Part shown: positions 56,551 to 64,000 of the stretch, in pieces
How the letters are laid out: each line of letters starts with the position of its first letter
Position numbering within the stretch: the stretch's first letter is position 1
NCBI GenBank assembly: GCA_043228905.1
Contig: JBHGNT010000011.1
Span: 19,530,001-19,594,000, forward strand
Length of the DNA stretch: 64,000 nt
Source of the DNA: Azolla caroliniana
Lineage: Eukaryota; Plantae; Polypodiophyta
Reading direction: 5' to 3'
The notes under the pieces: model-generated
What the model saw: the letters and a program-made list of their open reading frames with translations, nothing else
The model's database searches: none
Told to the model about the DNA's origin: nothing
Position numbers and translations under genes: made by a program

Positions 56551-57145
56551 TAAATCCCATGGGTTCTACATAGAAGGATACTTTATTGATGCAAGATACA
56601 ACGGTTTTAATCAAAAGCGCACTTACAAATGACTGAACATTGAATGCTAACATTTTGTAGGCCATTGATGCAAATCAAGACAACTTGGATATTGGTAACT
56701 TCCACAACATCTTGGACACCTTCATTAGTTCTTCTAAGACCCCGTTTGTGTGGCAATGCCGTGGGCTGACCTAAACAAGCATCTCATCCTTCACTTGTAG
56801 GAAATGATTGCTAGGGTTTTGACCATGGCAAAAATATCAAGAAGATGCATTACATAAAAAAACCAAAGTTCTACTCAACTAATGCATCTATTTGATGTTG
56901 CAAGACCAAAAGTGGTGTAGAGGTTAATCTTGCTATCATATTATGTATGCCGGAGCATTTTCGGGCCTCCTCAATTGTCAGTAGCAGTGTACAATTACAA
57001 CATAATACTCACAATATATTCAATCCATGTTGTTACCCCAAAGGGTGAAACATGTAACACTAATAGAATTTTCCCAGGATTATAGGCTATCACTTCATAA
57101 GAATAATCAACGTTTGTTCAAAATTTAGGTTTAAGAATGACATGG

Positions 57146-61658
<4,513 letters not shown>

Positions 61659-61988
61659 TGCGTCTCGGCGAATTTCGGATCGGGGGAGGTAGGGAAGGGG
61701 AGCACAGAGACTCTTACTCACTCTCTTCTTCTTCTCGCCTCTTCTCCTTCTCGTCTTCTTTCTCTTCCCCTTCCTTCTCCGACTGTCTGTTTGTTTTCTG
61801 CTCAGGTGTTGCTGAAACACAGGGGGGGCATATATGTATCATGTATGTATGTATAGTATGTATGTATACATACATGTGTACATACATCGACCTGTCTATT
61901 TGGCTCGTGTCTAGACTCTAAACTATGTATGTACTACCAAATATTAAAGAGGCCAAAGTGAGGGAATCACGGGCACGGTCCTCGTCGA

Positions 61989-62306
61989 TAACAATCGGCA
62001 ACGGTTCGGTTTGAACCGAACCGAACCGCGAAACCTCGACTTATCGGATTCAACGGTTCGATTTGGCTCGGTTCAAGTTTAGGTTTTTTTAAACAGTTCG
62101 GTTTGGTTTCAATTGTCAGAAGGTTTTTTTATTTTTTTAAATTTAAAAATAATGAAATATTATAAAAATTTAAATTTGACCTAAGTTGAAAACTGAAACT
62201 GAACCATGAAACCGCGGGTTTAATGGTTTCGTGGCTCGGTTCAGGTTTCAAAAAATTTAAACAGTTCGGTTTTCACCCTCTCAAACCGAACCGTTGCCAA
62301 TTGTTA
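61989..62306. mobile_element. hAT-type MITE, copy 3, ~330 bp upstream of the UBC27 ATG
   Basis: Long TIRs TAACAATCGGCAACGGTTCGGTTTGA…TCAAACCGAACCGTTGCCAATTGTTA; no clean TSD. Confidence 0.85.
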
Positions 62307-62379
62307 GGCACGGATGGTGTAGGTCACTCAACTAAGGGCGTGTGCAACCGTCCGATGTGGATAAAAAGCTGACATTGTT

Positions 62380-62500
62380 ACCTTGAGCCCGACTTCCTGA
62401 CTGCCTCTTTTACCAAGAGCCCGACTCTGTCACTAGGAGCCTGACTATCTAACAACCTCTATCACAAGGAGCGTGACCGAGTCAGTGCACGAGCCCGACT
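62380..62500. repeat. Cluster of GAGCCCGACT-type short repeats (possible TE subterminal repeats)
   Basis: About five variants (GAGCCCGACT, GAGCCTGACT, GAGCGTGACC) within 120 bp. Confidence 0.5.
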
Positions 62501-64000
62501 CAAAGCTTGTCAAAAATTTAAAAATAATAAAGTAATATACTAAGACCATTATTATTAAAAGTGAATGGTTTGGTGGTTAGAGTTATTCTTAGTATGTGAT
62601 AGATGTACATTCAAAACGTTTTCTTTTACTTCTTTTTTCTTTTTCAACTTCTTTCTTTTTAGTTTTCTTCTTCTTCGACTTTTTTTTTTAGGGTTTCGAC
62701 ATTTAGTTTTAGGCTATGTAGTCACTTTACAATTCATTTACATTTAAGGGTTCTTAATGGCGTTATTGAATTCAACACCTTAATTATTAAATGTGTTCAT
62801 TTTTTACATCACAAGTTTGTAGCTGTAGGCACACAAGGTACGCCTCATGGTATTCAGTGTTCACTTGCCACTCTTAACTTTTAGAGAAGGCTTGATACTA
62901 TGCTTACAAATTACCAAAGTTTCTCATACAAATTTAATGGAAGTTTTTCTTCATCTATTCACACAAACTAAATTGTTTTTGCATGATATATAAGGAACTA
63001 CACATGGATGGATTTGACCTTGTTATGGAAGATATAGAGAATTGAAGCCTTATTGTAGATGAGCCATCCTAATAGTCTAAAAGATATATCTTTATATCAT
63101 GGAATGGTTACATTTATACTAAGGTGGCAAATCTTCCTTGTATTTGGAATTGGTCTTTTGGGAAAATAATTAGCAATAGGTTGTCCTCCAAACACCCTCT
63201 TGTATGCAATTACTTCTCATCCTTTAATTGCTTTATACTTGCAAGGTGTAAAATTGTCATCATCAAACACTTAACCATATGTTGTCGATCGTACCTTTGT
63301 GCCCTAGTATATAACTAAACATTTGCAAACTCTGATTGATGCAATTGAACTTTTTGCTTTAGTTGTCGGATTGAACATTTGTTTTCCTATCTCTTAAGAT
63401 GCTTCTTTTCATAATTCACAATGAACACCAGGTACCAAGAATGGGAATTCCAACAGCTCATCTTAACACACAATGAGTGGATCATAACATTTGAAATTGG
63501 TAGAGTACTATTGTTAATTATGTGTGTTGATCAATTTCAAAGGTAGGTGGTAATCCAGAAGGATATACAAATGCATGCAACTAAGGCATGGCTACTGTAA
63601 TTTACCATTAATTAAACAATGAGGGAGTTGCTAACATGACATTTTCTACCGAAGACCAATGGAAAGCTACTTATGCCAAATAGAACAGTGATGATTTCAA
63701 CGTATCTTACTCGAAACTTTCCCTTTCATAACTCTCTTCTCACTAAATCCTATACTCGATAGAAATTTAAAGAAAAAATATCAGAAAAATAATTTCTCTA
63801 ACCCATGGAAGAAATTGAACGATATAATTAGATTATAATACAAAACACAAATAGAAGGAAAATAGTTTGTTGTATTGTGATTTGTGTGAGTACACAAAAC
63901 AAAAGAAATCAAAATGAAGGCCAAATCAACCTGGAGACCATAACTAGAGGAGCTACCCAAATCAAGATTTGTACAAGGATAGTCACTAGATTAGATTTGC

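Noticed and set aside
62750-64000. Possible decayed DNA-transposon coding sequence at the window end
   Set aside because: No transposase motif could be recognised.

Overview
Eukaryotic, AT-rich land-plant nuclear DNA. It is most likely from a fern, an inference from the PLS-PPR repeat style and the RTEX-type LINEs. From left to right it contains: (1) three intronless PLS-class PPR genes (+, +, -) that end in E motifs and have no DYW domain; (2) a 40-exon callose synthase (GSL/CALS) gene on the minus strand, 10898-36555; (3) three consecutive co-oriented minus-strand ubiquitin-pathway genes, CSN1, RBX1 and the UBA-containing E2 UBC27. Large introns and intergenic gaps hold about 15 pieces of RTEX-like LINEs of very different ages, an internally deleted Ty1/Copia element whose 3' LTR lies about 180 bp upstream of the CSN1 start, three copies of an hAT-type MITE (one with a perfect 8-bp TSD), and many local tandem duplications. 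I see no unambiguous novel system. The best leads are the CSN1-RBX1-UBC27 neighbourhood, the LTR at the CSN1 promoter, a LINE copy with a twin-priming-like inversion, inverted LINE tails bracketing GSL exons, and the DYW-less PPR cluster, one member of which apparently lacks a transit peptide. All alignments and translations outside the ORF track were done by eye.
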